Assembly (NCBI GenBank): GCA_031835245.2
Contig: JAVKOQ020000031.1
Coordinates: forward strand, 62,001-126,000
Direction of reading: 5' to 3'
Origin: Balamuthia mandrillaris
Taxonomy: Eukaryota
DNA: 64,000 nucleotides
Part shown: positions 13,429 to 24,165 of the stretch, in pieces
Numbering within the stretch: the first letter of the stretch is position 1
Layout of the letters: every line of letters starts with the position of its first letter
Made by a program: the position numbers and the translations under genes
The notes under the pieces: model-generated
Told to the model about the DNA's origin: nothing
What the model saw: the letters and a program-made list of their open reading frames with translations, nothing else
Database searches by the model: none

Positions 13429-13770
13429 TTAAGTATAAGTGGCAGTTCCTCCTCCCGGTTTGTCCTGCTCCTGCACTAGTTCCGGCGCCTGCGCCTGTTT
13501 CTGGGCCGGCTTTGGCTTGGCTGCCGCTGCTGCTGGGGTTTCCTCTTCTCCCGATTTCTTCATCGTCTTGTTCTTCTCCTCCTCCGCTTCCTTCGAAGGC
13601 ACGGAGGAGGTGCTGTCCTCGTTTTTGGCGGCTTGGCCTGAGAGGCCCCCCTCCGAGGTGTAGTAGTAGCCTTTGTAGGTGGTGTCTTTGTCCTTGTCAG
13701 AGGAGGTCGTCTCCGTGGTCGGATGTGTGGGAACCCCCAGCTGCTGCTCTTTCTCGTTCTTGCGTTCCAT
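13429..13770 (-). CDS. Small hydrophilic hypothetical protein
   Basis: Open ORF MERKNEKEQQ...GGGTATYT with GC-rich codons and an AT-rich 3' flank; no recognised domain. Confidence 0.5.
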   Translation of the reverse strand: MERKNEKEQQLGVPTHPTTETTSSDKDKDTTYKGYYYTSEGGLSGQAAKNEDSTSSVPSKEAEEEKNKTMKKSGEEETPAAAAAKPKPAQKQAQAPELVQEQDKPGGGTATYT

Positions 13771-14092
13771 CGTCTTTGTTCTGCAGAACAAACCAGAAAG
13801 AAAGAAGGCCAGCAAGAAAGAAAGAAAGAAAGAAAGAGAGACCCATCCGGTGGTTGTTTAAAGTGCACCAGCCACCATTCTCCTAGGTGTCCCTCGGTTC
13901 TCCTTCAATTTTACCTGCTTGTAGGACCGCTCGTATGAGGCTTTGTTCTCTCATTGGTTGTCCTCCACCGTTGTATGCGGAGGACGAAACAATAAGAGCA
14001 GAGCACACATAAAAGAAGAAGAAGAAGGCAAACAAAACACATTACACTATAACTCATGTTATAAAATGGTATAAACAGTGAGATATATCCTC

Positions 14093-15397
14093 CTAACAAA
14101 TACGATGCCGCCAGTTCTTGACTTTGTCCAAGGAGGCACATCCGTGCTCCTCGTACTCCTCCTTGGTCAGGTACAGGTGCCGCAACTCGCGAAAGCTCCT
14201 CCCCGCTAAGACGGAGCCTCCCCTCCAGGAAGCCAGCTCCGGGCTGGGGTGTTGGATGGCAGCTTGAATCCGCTTTCGTTGATGATGGCTTACTTTGGAG
14301 GAAATGGCGGAGAGGAGCTCGTGAGGGAGTTGGTGGAGGTAGGAGGGAGGAGAAGCAGAAGCGAAGGAGGATAGACGGGGGAGAAGGTGGGATGAAGGGC
14401 TGAGGAGGTGAGCGAGATCGGTGTGAAGGCGGTCGAGCAAGCCGGGATATTGGCAATTGCCACCCTGTTCCGAACGCAAAGTGACGAAAAGAGAAGAGAA
14501 GGGAGAGAGAGAGAGGAGAGTAAGGAAGAAATGGAGAGAAGAGAGAGAAGGAAGCAGCGAAGAGATGATACCACAATGTGAATGTTTTGAAGGAGGTCTT
14601 TTCGACAGTCGATGGGACATGCATTAACGCTCTGAAGTATAAGAGAAGGCAACGCCGGGCAAGTTTCCGGTTCTCTGCCCATCAGTGAAGGGTTGAACAT
14701 GACTTCGGTGCTTTGTCTTAGAGCTAAACAGAGCAAAGGAAAGTAAAAGGGTTTCATTCAGAAAGAAATGGAAAGAACGAATGAAAAAAACAAATAGGTT
14801 ACCATCGCCGATATCTAACAGGGTACCATCTGGAAGCTCAAACGTTTGTTGTTTGCAAGAAGAAAGGTCATCCCCCGTCCAAGAGGGAGGCGTTACATCG
14901 TTGCCAGGCTGTGAGGGTCTCGTTGTGGATACATAACACATCTTTTGTTGGATGGACTCTCTGCGTGTTATGTTTATGTTTCAGCTATATCTTCAAAAAC
15001 AAAAAAGCCAGCCAAAAGAAGAGCTGTAACGTACAGGAGCAACAACTCCGAACTGGTGGTGAAGCGTCTTCCGGTCGCTCCAGCGAGCAGCCTTTGTAAA
15101 TAACCACATACGTCCACTCCTCCCAAGTCCACTTGTCGAATCGCATGTTCCTGTAAGCGTCGTCTTGTTCATAATGATGTTTTGGTGGTTGCTCTCCTCT
15201 CCAAGCCTCTATTCTTGACCAACCCTTAACCCCCACTACTCTTCTGTGCTTGTTCAACTCTACCACAATACCTACCAAAACATAGTTCTCATAGAGGGGA
15301 GTGACGGTGGTGCGTCCAGCGCCACAATCCACGAAAAGACCTGTGGGTCGCCCAACGCTTAACGGCGCCATCATGTGCTAAATAATGTTGGTGAGTA

Positions 15398-15432
<35 letters not shown>

Positions 15433-15457
15433 GACAGAGACAGAGAGAGACAGAGAC

Positions 15458-15494
<37 letters not shown>

Positions 15495-15605
15495 ATGTAC
15501 GTACAGGAGACCGAAACCCAACCGCCGGTACGTCGTAGCTTTCGAGCAGAAGTTCACAAAGCTTCTCCACCTTTTCTGTTGTCCAGCAGTGTGCGTTAGT
15601 TGAAC

Positions 15606-15642
<37 letters not shown>

Positions 15643-15956
15643 ACTTTGAGGATTGAGCGGTGAAAGCATCATAAAGAATGCGCGATCAACTGGTGCATAT
15701 CGCAACTGTTCGTAGAGACAATGCACCAGCAGCCTCTCAAAGTCATCCTATTGGTACGGATGTGTGCGTTGTGAGCAAGGACAAGGAAGGAGCGTGAAGA
15801 GAAAGAGAAGTAGAGGAAAACAAAGAAGAAGAAGAACAAGGAGAATGACAACACCGACGACGAGAAGAAGAACCAAAACAACAAGACGAGCGAGAAGTGG
15901 ATACCCAGTCCTCAATAATTCCTCTTTGTATGGGGTAGCCTGTCGCAAGAGGGAGA

Positions 15957-15999
<43 letters not shown>

Positions 16000-16114
16000 T
16001 AAGTAGGTGGACGAAGAAGGCCGGTTTAAAAAACGAACAAAACAGAACCAACATAACGAGAGCATGCCATGCTTTCCATCGGCATAATATCCTACACAGT
16101 TCCTATGAACCGTG

Positions 16115-16147
<33 letters not shown>

Positions 16148-16594
16148 AAGAAGAAGAAGAAGAAGAAGAAGAAGAAGAAGAAGAACAAGAAGAAGAAGAA
16201 GAAGAACAAGAAGAAGAAGAAGAAGAACAAGAAGAACAAGAAGAACAAGAAGAACAAGAACAAGAACAAGACCAAGAACTAAGAAGAACCAGAACCAGAA
16301 GAACTAGAACCAGAACAAAGAGGAAAGGAAGCAAAATAAAAAGACCAGTTACCGGTTTGTGTCAGCACCAGGCATGCAGTGGACAAGACCGGTTCGCGGT
16401 TGTCCGCAGTAAGAGGCGATCAGCACCCGTGGCGAATCATCTCCAGCATAACCTATTTTTAACAAAAAAGAATAAACATTGTGTTACAAAACTTTGCAGT
16501 CAAAGAGAAAACGATGAGTCGTTTGAAATAACAAACTAAAGCGAAGGCACTTGCTGCCGAGCTCAAACACCATTCCTTCAACGTCTTCCTCCAT
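14093..16594 (-). CDS. Divergent actin-related protein (multi-exon)
   Basis: Spliced: MVFELGSKCLRFSYAGDDSPR, YPIQRGIIEDW, TGLFVDCGAGRTTVTPLYENYVL, FELPDGTLLDIG, VNACPIDCRKDLLQNIHIV, ASWRGGSVLA, LTKEEYEEHG. These are actin-fold motifs in the correct order. Confidence 0.88.
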
Positions 16595-16682
16595 CTCCTT
16601 TGCCGCGGTCGTTTATTCTGCTCCTCTTCGGCACACTGAAATGGATGCTTGCTTCACAGAAATGGTGCTTCACCGGCCAGAG

Positions 16683-16732
<50 letters not shown>

Positions 16733-16834
16733 ATGGATGGAGAGAAGTGAAAGCTTAAAAGAAGTAGATGTGATAACGGATCTCCTCTCAAATTTTATTG
16801 TTTATTTCTATCTTTTCATCTCTCTTTGTTTTAC

Positions 16835-17673
16835 TTATGCCCTCCTTCCTGGCTTTCTACTTCTTTGGTCCTCTTCCTCCTCTTCTTCATCCTCTTCCTC
16901 CTCTTCATCTTCTTCCTCCTCTTCATCATCTTCTTCTTCTTCATCTTCTTCGTCCTCATCCTCATCATCGTCATCTTCGTATTCCTCATCGTCTTCATCC
17001 TCGTCCTCATCCCAATCATCTTCATCCTCGTCCTCATCCCAATCTTCTTCATCCTCATCCTCATCATCCCACTCCTCCTCATCATCCACATCCTCATCAA
17101 AGTCATCGTCGTCATCGTCATCCTCGTCAATACTTCTCCTTCCCGCCGCAACTCCCTCCAAAACGCTTCCCACTGCTTCGCCTTCTCCCATCACACCGCT
17201 CATTGCTGCCGCTGCTGCAGCAACAGCAGCAGCCGAAGAAGAAGCAGCAGCTGCATTGGCAGCATGCAGACGTTTGGCATCAGGAAAGCCTAAAGCCAGA
17301 GCAGCAGGAGTGGCCATGTTGCGAGCATAGGCTTCGCGTAGGAACTGCTTCTTCTCCTCGAGCTTGCGTTCGGCCTCCTCCTTCAACTCCTGTTGTCGTT
17401 CCCTCTTGTGGCGTTGCTCTTGGAGAGGTTTGGTGAAGTGGTTCTCGTACCAGCGGAGGTAGGCCGCACGCGTGGTAGGGGGAGGCCTCTGTTCGATATA
17501 TTGATAGAGGCGTTTGCTGAGGATGGCACGACGGGCATAGGCCTCTTCCTGCTTGTCCAACCAGGCTTGCAGTTTTTGTCTTCTCTTCGAGGCAGAATCC
17601 CCTGTTTTGTGTTATGGTTGGTGTTTGAGTTGTTTGTTGGTGGTGAGAAAGGAAGAGAGCGAGAGAGCGAGAG

Positions 17674-17716
<43 letters not shown>

Positions 17717-18192
17717 CATACGGGAACGAGGTTTTCCGCTGTTGACTCTCTGGAGGAGAAGAGAATGTGGGAGTGTCTTTGGTGGCTTCAATAGCGGAGG
17801 GCGATAGGGCCGAGAGGCACGAGGAGGGTTCTCCTCAGAAGAGACTTCACTGATGTTTTCTGGATAGAGGCAACAAAGAAAGAAAGAAAAAAGGTTTTTT
17901 TAATAAATACAAACCGTTTGGGTCCGATCGGGAGAGACCACAAACAAACCTTCGGTGTGGAAAGCAAGTCTTGAGGGTAGAGTAGCAGAAGTACGGCATG
18001 CAAACAGGGAAGAAGCCGCCACCGGTGATTGAGTCCTCAGCAAACTTCCTGGAAAGACGGTCTAAAAAGGGGGAAGAAGGGGAAAGAAAAAAAATTCCAG
18101 CCCATTCAAGGCGCTTCAGTAATTTTTTTAAAAAAATCAAATAACATGAATAAAGAACGTACCGCGCGACCGCTACAAATGTTTCGCAGCAT
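16835..18192 (-). CDS. Putative mitochondrion-targeted coiled-coil protein with long acidic tail
   Basis: Four in-frame exons via GT-AG introns; N-terminus MLRNICSGRATVFPGSLLRTQSPVAASSLFACRTSATLPSRLAF is R/S/L/A-rich and acid-free like a presequence; charged helical core; D/E tail with spaced Trp. Function unknown. Confidence 0.6.
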
Positions 18193-18316
18193 CTTCGGTG
18201 AGCAAAGTCGAAAAATGAATGCTTTGCTTGGTGGTGTTCCTCTTTCCAAGGCGCACGATACCGTAGGCGCTTATGCTTCCGCTCTTCCTTTGTGTTTTTT
18301 CTTGGTTTTCTGTTTT

Positions 18317-18378
18317 TGTCGACAAACGTTGTCTGAGGGTCATCTTTTATTGGTGTCGACAAACGTTGTCTGAGGGTC
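18317..18378. repeat. Perfect 25-bp direct repeat in a bidirectional promoter
   Basis: TGTCGACAAACGTTGTCTGAGGGTC at 18317-18341 and 18354-18378; the 12-bp spacer contains ATTGG. Confidence 0.95.
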
Positions 18379-18514
18379 CTTCTGCATTATCGACCACGTC
18401 CACAAAAACAGCTCAATTGGAGCTCGTATCGTGGTGCTTTTTTTCAGCTTTAAACAAGCCCAAATTTTTCTTGTAAAATTTTTGAAGAAAAAAAAAAAGA
18501 GTAGTGACACAGAG

Positions 18515-19257
18515 ATGAGCGGAAAGAAAAGGGCCAATCCGTTCGAGAAGATGAGGCCTGGGCCTCTGATCAACCTGAAGCTGTTCAAAGAGACCTGGCG
18601 CAACCTCACCAAGCCGGACGAAGGCCCTCTGGAGTTGGAAGAGGCGGGGCCAACCGTGGACTTGGGGCTGGAGGAGGTCAAGATCCTGACCCCCTTTGAG
18701 CAGATCGAGGCGGCCATCGCGAGGGAGGTCGAGAAAGAGGAGAACAAAACGCTGTTGTCACAAGGCTTTGGGGGTATCTTTTTCTCTCTCTTTCCTTCCT
18801 TTTTCTTTAAACAAAAAAAATGATTTATTTTTTCTATCGCGCAGCGAATGCGGGAGCCTTGTTTCTGTTGGAACATGCGGAAGTGCCCTCTCATGAGGAA
18901 ATGACAGAACACAACAACGCCTCTCTCCATGCTCTTCGGTAACTGTTCTACATGCAGTCTTCCGCTCTTTTCTCTTCTTCTTCTTAACCTGTGGACGGTG
19001 TTTGTTTTCTATTGCAAAACAGAGAAAAAGCGGAGAGAAAGATCAATAAGAACCAGATCCTGCGCAAAGAAATCAACTATCTTACTTCCAACATGTTGCC
19101 CACGCCGGAAACTTTTGAGCCAGTCGACAAGGACGAGGTGGTCCTCTCCATTGCTTTTTACCACTCCCGTAAACCGATCAAACTCCAAGTAAGTTGATAG
19201 AGAAAGACACAGAAGTAACAGGAAAGACGGAATGAAGCATAGTGTTGAGAAAGAAAG

Positions 19258-19315
<58 letters not shown>

Positions 19316-20193
19316 AGAAAGGAAGAGATTTTGAATAGGAGAATACGAACTAACGTTTATGTTCTTTGTAGGAGTATTTGGTGTTGGGAAGCCAGCCGCT
19401 CACAGCGCTGAGGGACATGCTAGGCTGCTCCGCAGATACTGTGTTGGAAGGAGAGCAAACTCACTCAGCCATGATGTTCATAGAAAATGTATTCTACAAT
19501 GATATGAGGGACGAAAACAACATCGATTATAGCAGGTTTATCTCTCTTTCTCTCTCTCTCTCCCCCCTTCTTCTATGCTTCGTCAGTTTCTTAAACAAAA
19601 CAATAGGCCTATCATCGAATGGTCAAACGAGCGGCTAAGCCAAGGGCTGGACCACCACCCCCCTTACACTGCCCTTAAAATGGAGGAGACGCGGTTTATT
19701 GATTTGTCACTGCGCGAGAACGCCCAATACCTTTTTGTACACCAGGGCAACTGCGAACACATTATTGTTGTCTCCGACATCAGGTTTTTTCTTCTCTCTT
19801 CCTTCTCTCTGACACTAGGTCGACTAACTTATCTTCTTTTGGTTACAGAATGGTTACCAGCCTGGATAATCAGAACAAGCATGCCTACCCGCTTCAAACC
19901 TTCCAAAACAAACTGCGCCGAAAGAAATGCAAAATATGCGACATTTATCCTGCTGAGTAACTATTCTCTTCCTCCTTTCTTTCTTGTCGTTTCTTTCTTT
20001 CTCTCTTTCTCTCTTTCTTTCTTTTAACATTATTTGCAAAAAAAAAAAAACCAGTTGGGTGACATTTGGGGATAGCCTCAGCGACGAGAACCCTTGCTTC
20101 TACTGCAACGGGTGCTACCGGCCCCTGCATTACACTTTCGAAGGCAAGCTCCTCTACCAAAACTACGAAGTCTATCCGTTCCTCCCGGAGTAA
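18515..20193 (+). CDS. SNAPC3: snRNA-activating protein complex subunit 3 (SNAP50)
   Basis: EYLVLGSQPLTALRDMLGC, SAMMFIENVFYNDMR, DYSRPIIEW, MEETRFIDLSLR, YLFVHQGNCEHIIVVSDIR, C-terminal CxxC..PCFYCNGCYRPLHY zinc finger; all junctions splice in frame. Confidence 0.93.
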
Positions 20194-20411
20194 TGATTTT
20201 TCAAAAACAAACAAACAAACAAACAAACCATCCTTCTTCTTCTTCTGTCCTTTACACAAAGAAACACTAGACCACAAGGTGGCTTACCATTCTTTTTCTT
20301 TCTTTCTTTATTCATTTCTTTCATGTTTTTATTGTTATTGTTCCGTTCTTTTTTCTTTCCTTTAAACTCCCCAAGGAGAAAGGAAAGCAAAAATAAAAAC
20401 GATACACTCGC

Positions 20412-21791
20412 TTAGAAGGTAGAGCCCTCAAAGGAGGATTGCAGGTCATCGCCGCCATCCACATCGTCTTCCTCAGAGTCCTTGCCGACCTCCTCGTAAT
20501 CCTTCTCCAAGGCAGCCAAATCCTCTCTGGCCTCGCTAAACTCGCCTTCCTCCATGCCCTCACCGACATACCAGTGCACAAAGGCCCTCTTGGCGTACAT
20601 CAAGTCAAACTTGTGGTCGATGCGAGAGAAGACCTCGGCGATGGCGGTGGTGTTGCTGAGCATGCAGCAGGCGCGGGAGACCTGGGCCATGTCGCCGCCG
20701 GGCACCATGGTGGGTTTCTCGTGGTTGATACCGCACTTGAAGCCGGTGGGAGACCAGTCCACGAACTGGATGCTGCGGTTGGTCTTGATCTGGGCAATGC
20801 TGGCCTGGACATCCTTGGGGACAATGTCTCCGCGGTACATCATGCAGACGGCCATGTACTTGCCGTGGCGGGGGTCGCACTTGGCCATCATTTGGGAAGG
20901 ATCAAAGACGGTGCTGGTCAACTCAGAGACGGTCATGCGCTCGTGGCCGGCACGCTCGGGGGTGACAATGGGGGCGTAGCTGCAGAGCAAGAAGTGGATC
21001 CTGGGGTAGGGCACCAAGTTGACCTGGAACTCGTTCATGTCCACGTTGAGAGAGCCGTCAAAGCGGAGGGAGGCCGTCAGGGAAGAGATGATCTGGGCGA
21101 TGAGGCGGTTGAGGGAGGTGTAAGAGGGTTGCTGCTTGCCCAACTTGTAGCGGCAAATGTCGTAGATGGCCTCGTTGTCGAGCATGAAGGCCACGTCAGT
21201 GTGCTCCAAGAGGGAGTGAGTGGAGAGGACGCTGTTGTAGGGCTCAACCACGCTGGTAGAGATCTGGGGGGAGGGGAAGACGCAGAAGTCGAGCTTGCTC
21301 TTCTTGCCGTACTCGATGGAGAGCTTCTCGAGGAGGAGGGAGCCAAAGCCAGAGCCAGTACCGCCGCCCACAGAGTGGAAGACCAAGAAGCCCTGAAGGC
21401 CCTCGCACTGTTCGGTCAGCTTGCGGATGCCCTCCAAGACGGGCTCCACATACTCCTTGCCGACGGTGTAGTGGCCGCGGGCATAGTTGTTGGCAGCGTC
21501 CTCCTTGCCGTTGATGAGCTGGTTGGGGTGGAAGAGCTTGTTGTACTTGGAGGTCTTGATCTCATCCACTACGGAGGGCTCCAAATCAAAGTAGATGCAG
21601 CGGGGGACGTACTTGCCAGCGCCGGTCTCACGGAAGAAGGTGTCAAAGGCCAGAGGGGTGTCCTCGTGTTTCTTGCCCTCCTCCAAGGTGCCGTCGGGCT
21701 TCAGGCCGTGCTCCAGGCAGTAGAGCTCCCAGCAAGAGTTACCCACTTGGATGCCCGCCTGACCAATGTGAAGGGAGATGACTTCTCTCAT
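20412..21791 (-). CDS. tubA: Alpha-tubulin, intronless, 459 aa
   Basis: [66 protein letters not shown]; strong C/G third-position bias. Confidence 0.98.
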   Translation of the reverse strand: MREVISLHIGQAGIQVGNSCWELYCLEHGLKPDGTLEEGKKHEDTPLAFDTFFRETGAGKYVPRCIYFDLEPSVVDEIKTSKYNKLFHPNQLINGKEDAANNYARGHYTVGKEYVEPVLEGIRKLTEQCEGLQGFLVFHSVGGGTGSGFGSLLLEKLSIEYGKKSKLDFCVFPSPQISTSVVEPYNSVLSTHSLLEHTDVAFMLDNEAIYDICRYKLGKQQPSYTSLNRLIAQIISSLTASLRFDGSLNVDMNEFQVNLVPYPRIHFLLCSYAPIVTPERAGHERMTVSELTSTVFDPSQMMAKCDPRHGKYMAVCMMYRGDIVPKDVQASIAQIKTNRSIQFVDWSPTGFKCGINHEKPTMVPGGDMAQVSRACCMLSNTTAIAEVFSRIDHKFDLMYAKRAFVHWYVGEGMEEGEFSEAREDLAALEKDYEEVGKDSEEDDVDGGDDLQSSFEGSTF

Positions 21792-22394
21792 TTTGTATGT
21801 GTGTGTGTGTGTGTGAGCGGAAAAAAAAAAAAAGAGTAGCAGGGGGGAGGGAAAAAAAATAATCACAGAGAGAGAGAGAAAGAAAAAAAAAAGCGGTGGT
21901 GTAAGTTTTGTCTCGTGTAAGGGGAGACGGAAAACGTTCGTTCGCTTTGTTGTTGTTTTGGGGAGAAGAAAAGAAAAAAAAAAGAGTTCGACAAAAAAAA
22001 AAAAAAGGGAACGCGCCCACACAAATTACGAGGGAAAGCCTTCATACAAAAAGCGTCCAACGTTTCCCACTGGGGGCAAGAGCAGGCGAAAAAATGAGCG
22101 GGAAACGCCTCCATTGGTGCGTTACGTACCGGTAACTCCGAAATTTTCGTGTCGTCCTGAGTACTACTCTGTCTCATCTCTTCTTTCACGTCTACAAAAA
22201 TTCATTGCTACGGTTTATTTTAAATCATGTCGTCATGTAATGAAGCAGCACGTTTTGTCCCCAAATGGTGCTCGTTTGGTAGGGCGAGAAAGAAAGAAAA
22301 CGACAAAGAAAATAACGTGGCGGAGTGGATTAGGATTAGCGGGCGGAAACGAAGAAAGACAGGCGAAAAAAAAAAAAAATCGGATTCGCGGGAG

Positions 22395-24024
22395 ATGAAG
22401 GCGACCTCGTGGAGCGTGGTGACCAAGATAATGGCACTGTTGTCCATCGTCGGCGGGCTGCTTCAGGTCGTGTACGCCATCTTCAACGGCTTCGCGTGGG
22501 GCGGCTTCATCGTCGCTGTTTTCTACGTCGTCACTGGTTCGATTTTTATTTTTAGCTTCACTTCTTTTTTTTTTGTTCGTTTGAGAAAACAAATGATGCG
22601 GACTGAAGGATGTAACAAACAAAAAAGGCATTGTTGGGCTGAAAGCTGGATATTCGTTCACGGTGCGGACGGCGAGGCATTACCTCCTCTCGCTCATCTT
22701 CTCCACTGTCATCCTGCTCAGCCTTAGCACCATCTACACTGTTTGTTTTTCTCTTCATCGTTCTCTTCTCTTTGTGCTTTCTGCTTACATTTCTCTTTGT
22801 TTCTCCATTCTATGCTCTCCGCTCTCGCTCTCTCATTCTCGTTCTCTTTGTTATTCTCGTTGTCGTTCTTCTCTCTTCGTCGTTCTCATCTCCTTTTCAT
22901 ATCAACAGATAGTAGTGGGAATCGGGTACTACCGAACTCTCTGTAGGAAGATGGAGTACATCATAAAGCACGACTGCGACTCGGACACTATCAAACTCTA
23001 TTTCTTGTTGGGCGGCGTCGCTGAGATCTTTCTCACTCTCGTTTGTTGTTCTGGTCTCATGTGCTGTGCTACAGGATACATGCGAGCACTTAGCCACGAA
23101 AATAGTATCCTTCTTCTTCTTTTTCGAATTCTTCTTGTTCTTCTTCTGTTTTGTTCTTGTTTGTTCTTGTTCTTGTTCTTGTTCTTGTTCTTGTTCTTGT
23201 TCTTGTTCTTTTCTTGTTCTTGTTCTTGTTCTTCTTCTTGTTCTTGTTCTTGTTCTTGTTCTTGTTCTTGTTCTTGTTCTTGTTCTTCTTCTTTTCTTCT
23301 TCTTCTTCTTCTTCTTCTTCTTCTTCTTCTTCTGTTCTTCTTCTTCTTCTTCTTCTTCTTCTTCTTCTTCTTCTTCTTCTTCTTCTTGTTCTTCTTCTTC
23401 TTCTTCTTGTTCTTCTTCTTGTTCTTCTTCTTCTTCTTCTTCTTCTTCTTCTTCTTCTTCTTCTTCTTCTTCTTCTTCTTCTTCTTCTTCTTCTTCTTCT
23501 TCTTCTTCTTCTTGTTGTTGTGCTTGTGCTTGTGCTTGTGCTTGTGCTTGTGCTTGTGCTTGTGCTTGCTTGTGCTTGTGCTTGTGCTTGTGCTTGTGCT
23601 TGTGCTTGTGCTTGTGCTTGCTTGTGCTTGTGCTTGTGCTTGTGCTTGTGCTTCGTTCTTCTTTGTTCTTCCTCCTCCTCCTCCTCTGCTTCTTCTGCTT
23701 CTTCTTCTTGTTCTTCTTCTTCTTCCTCCTCCTCCATTGCTCTCTTCTCTGTTTCTTTCGTTTTTATTTCATCTTGTTGACCGTTTTATTGCAATGCAGT
23801 TTATATCTTTGAAACGACTCATCTTCATGAGAAAGATGGTCCGCCTGGTGCGTTTGCTTTCACCACCTTCTCCCTTTCTTTGTGTTCGTTTTGCAAAGGA
23901 AGCTTAACAAAAAACATGAACAAACATGGCAGTGACTTCGCGGTTTGTACAAACCCAACCAGAATATGCTGTCTCTTCCACTTCCCACAAGTATCAACCC
24001 CTGCCTGTATCTTCCATTCCATGA
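22395..24024 (+). CDS. Small multi-pass (about 4 TM) membrane protein
   Basis: Hydrophobic segments MALLSIVGGLLQVVYAIF, GGFIVAVFYVV, YLLSLIFSTVILLSL, LYFLLGGVAEIFLTLVCC; plausible spliced end ...QPLPVSSIP*. Confidence 0.6.
23108..23735 (+). repeat. Compound intronic microsatellite (TTGTTC)n-(TTC)n-(TTGTGC)n-(CCT)n
   Basis: Read directly; fills the intron 23105-23799. Confidence 0.95.
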
Positions 24025-24033
24025 TCCCCCTCT

Positions 24034-24070
<37 letters not shown>

Positions 24071-24165
24071 GAGAAAGAAAAACCTTGTAAACAAAAATAC
24101 TATTCTATTTATTTGTCTGTTTATTGCTTTGATAAAAAAAAAACTTTTATCCCTCTTTCACTTTT

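Noticed and set aside
18317..18378. CRISPR-like repeat-spacer-repeat
   Set aside because: Only two units, 12-bp spacer, eukaryotic context, no cas genes.
20439..21839. 466-aa antisense ORF over alpha-tubulin
   Set aside because: Explained by codon bias (sense strand avoids TTA/CTA/TCA in frame); no motif content. The same applies to antisense ORFs over FRA10AC1, OGFr and C2.
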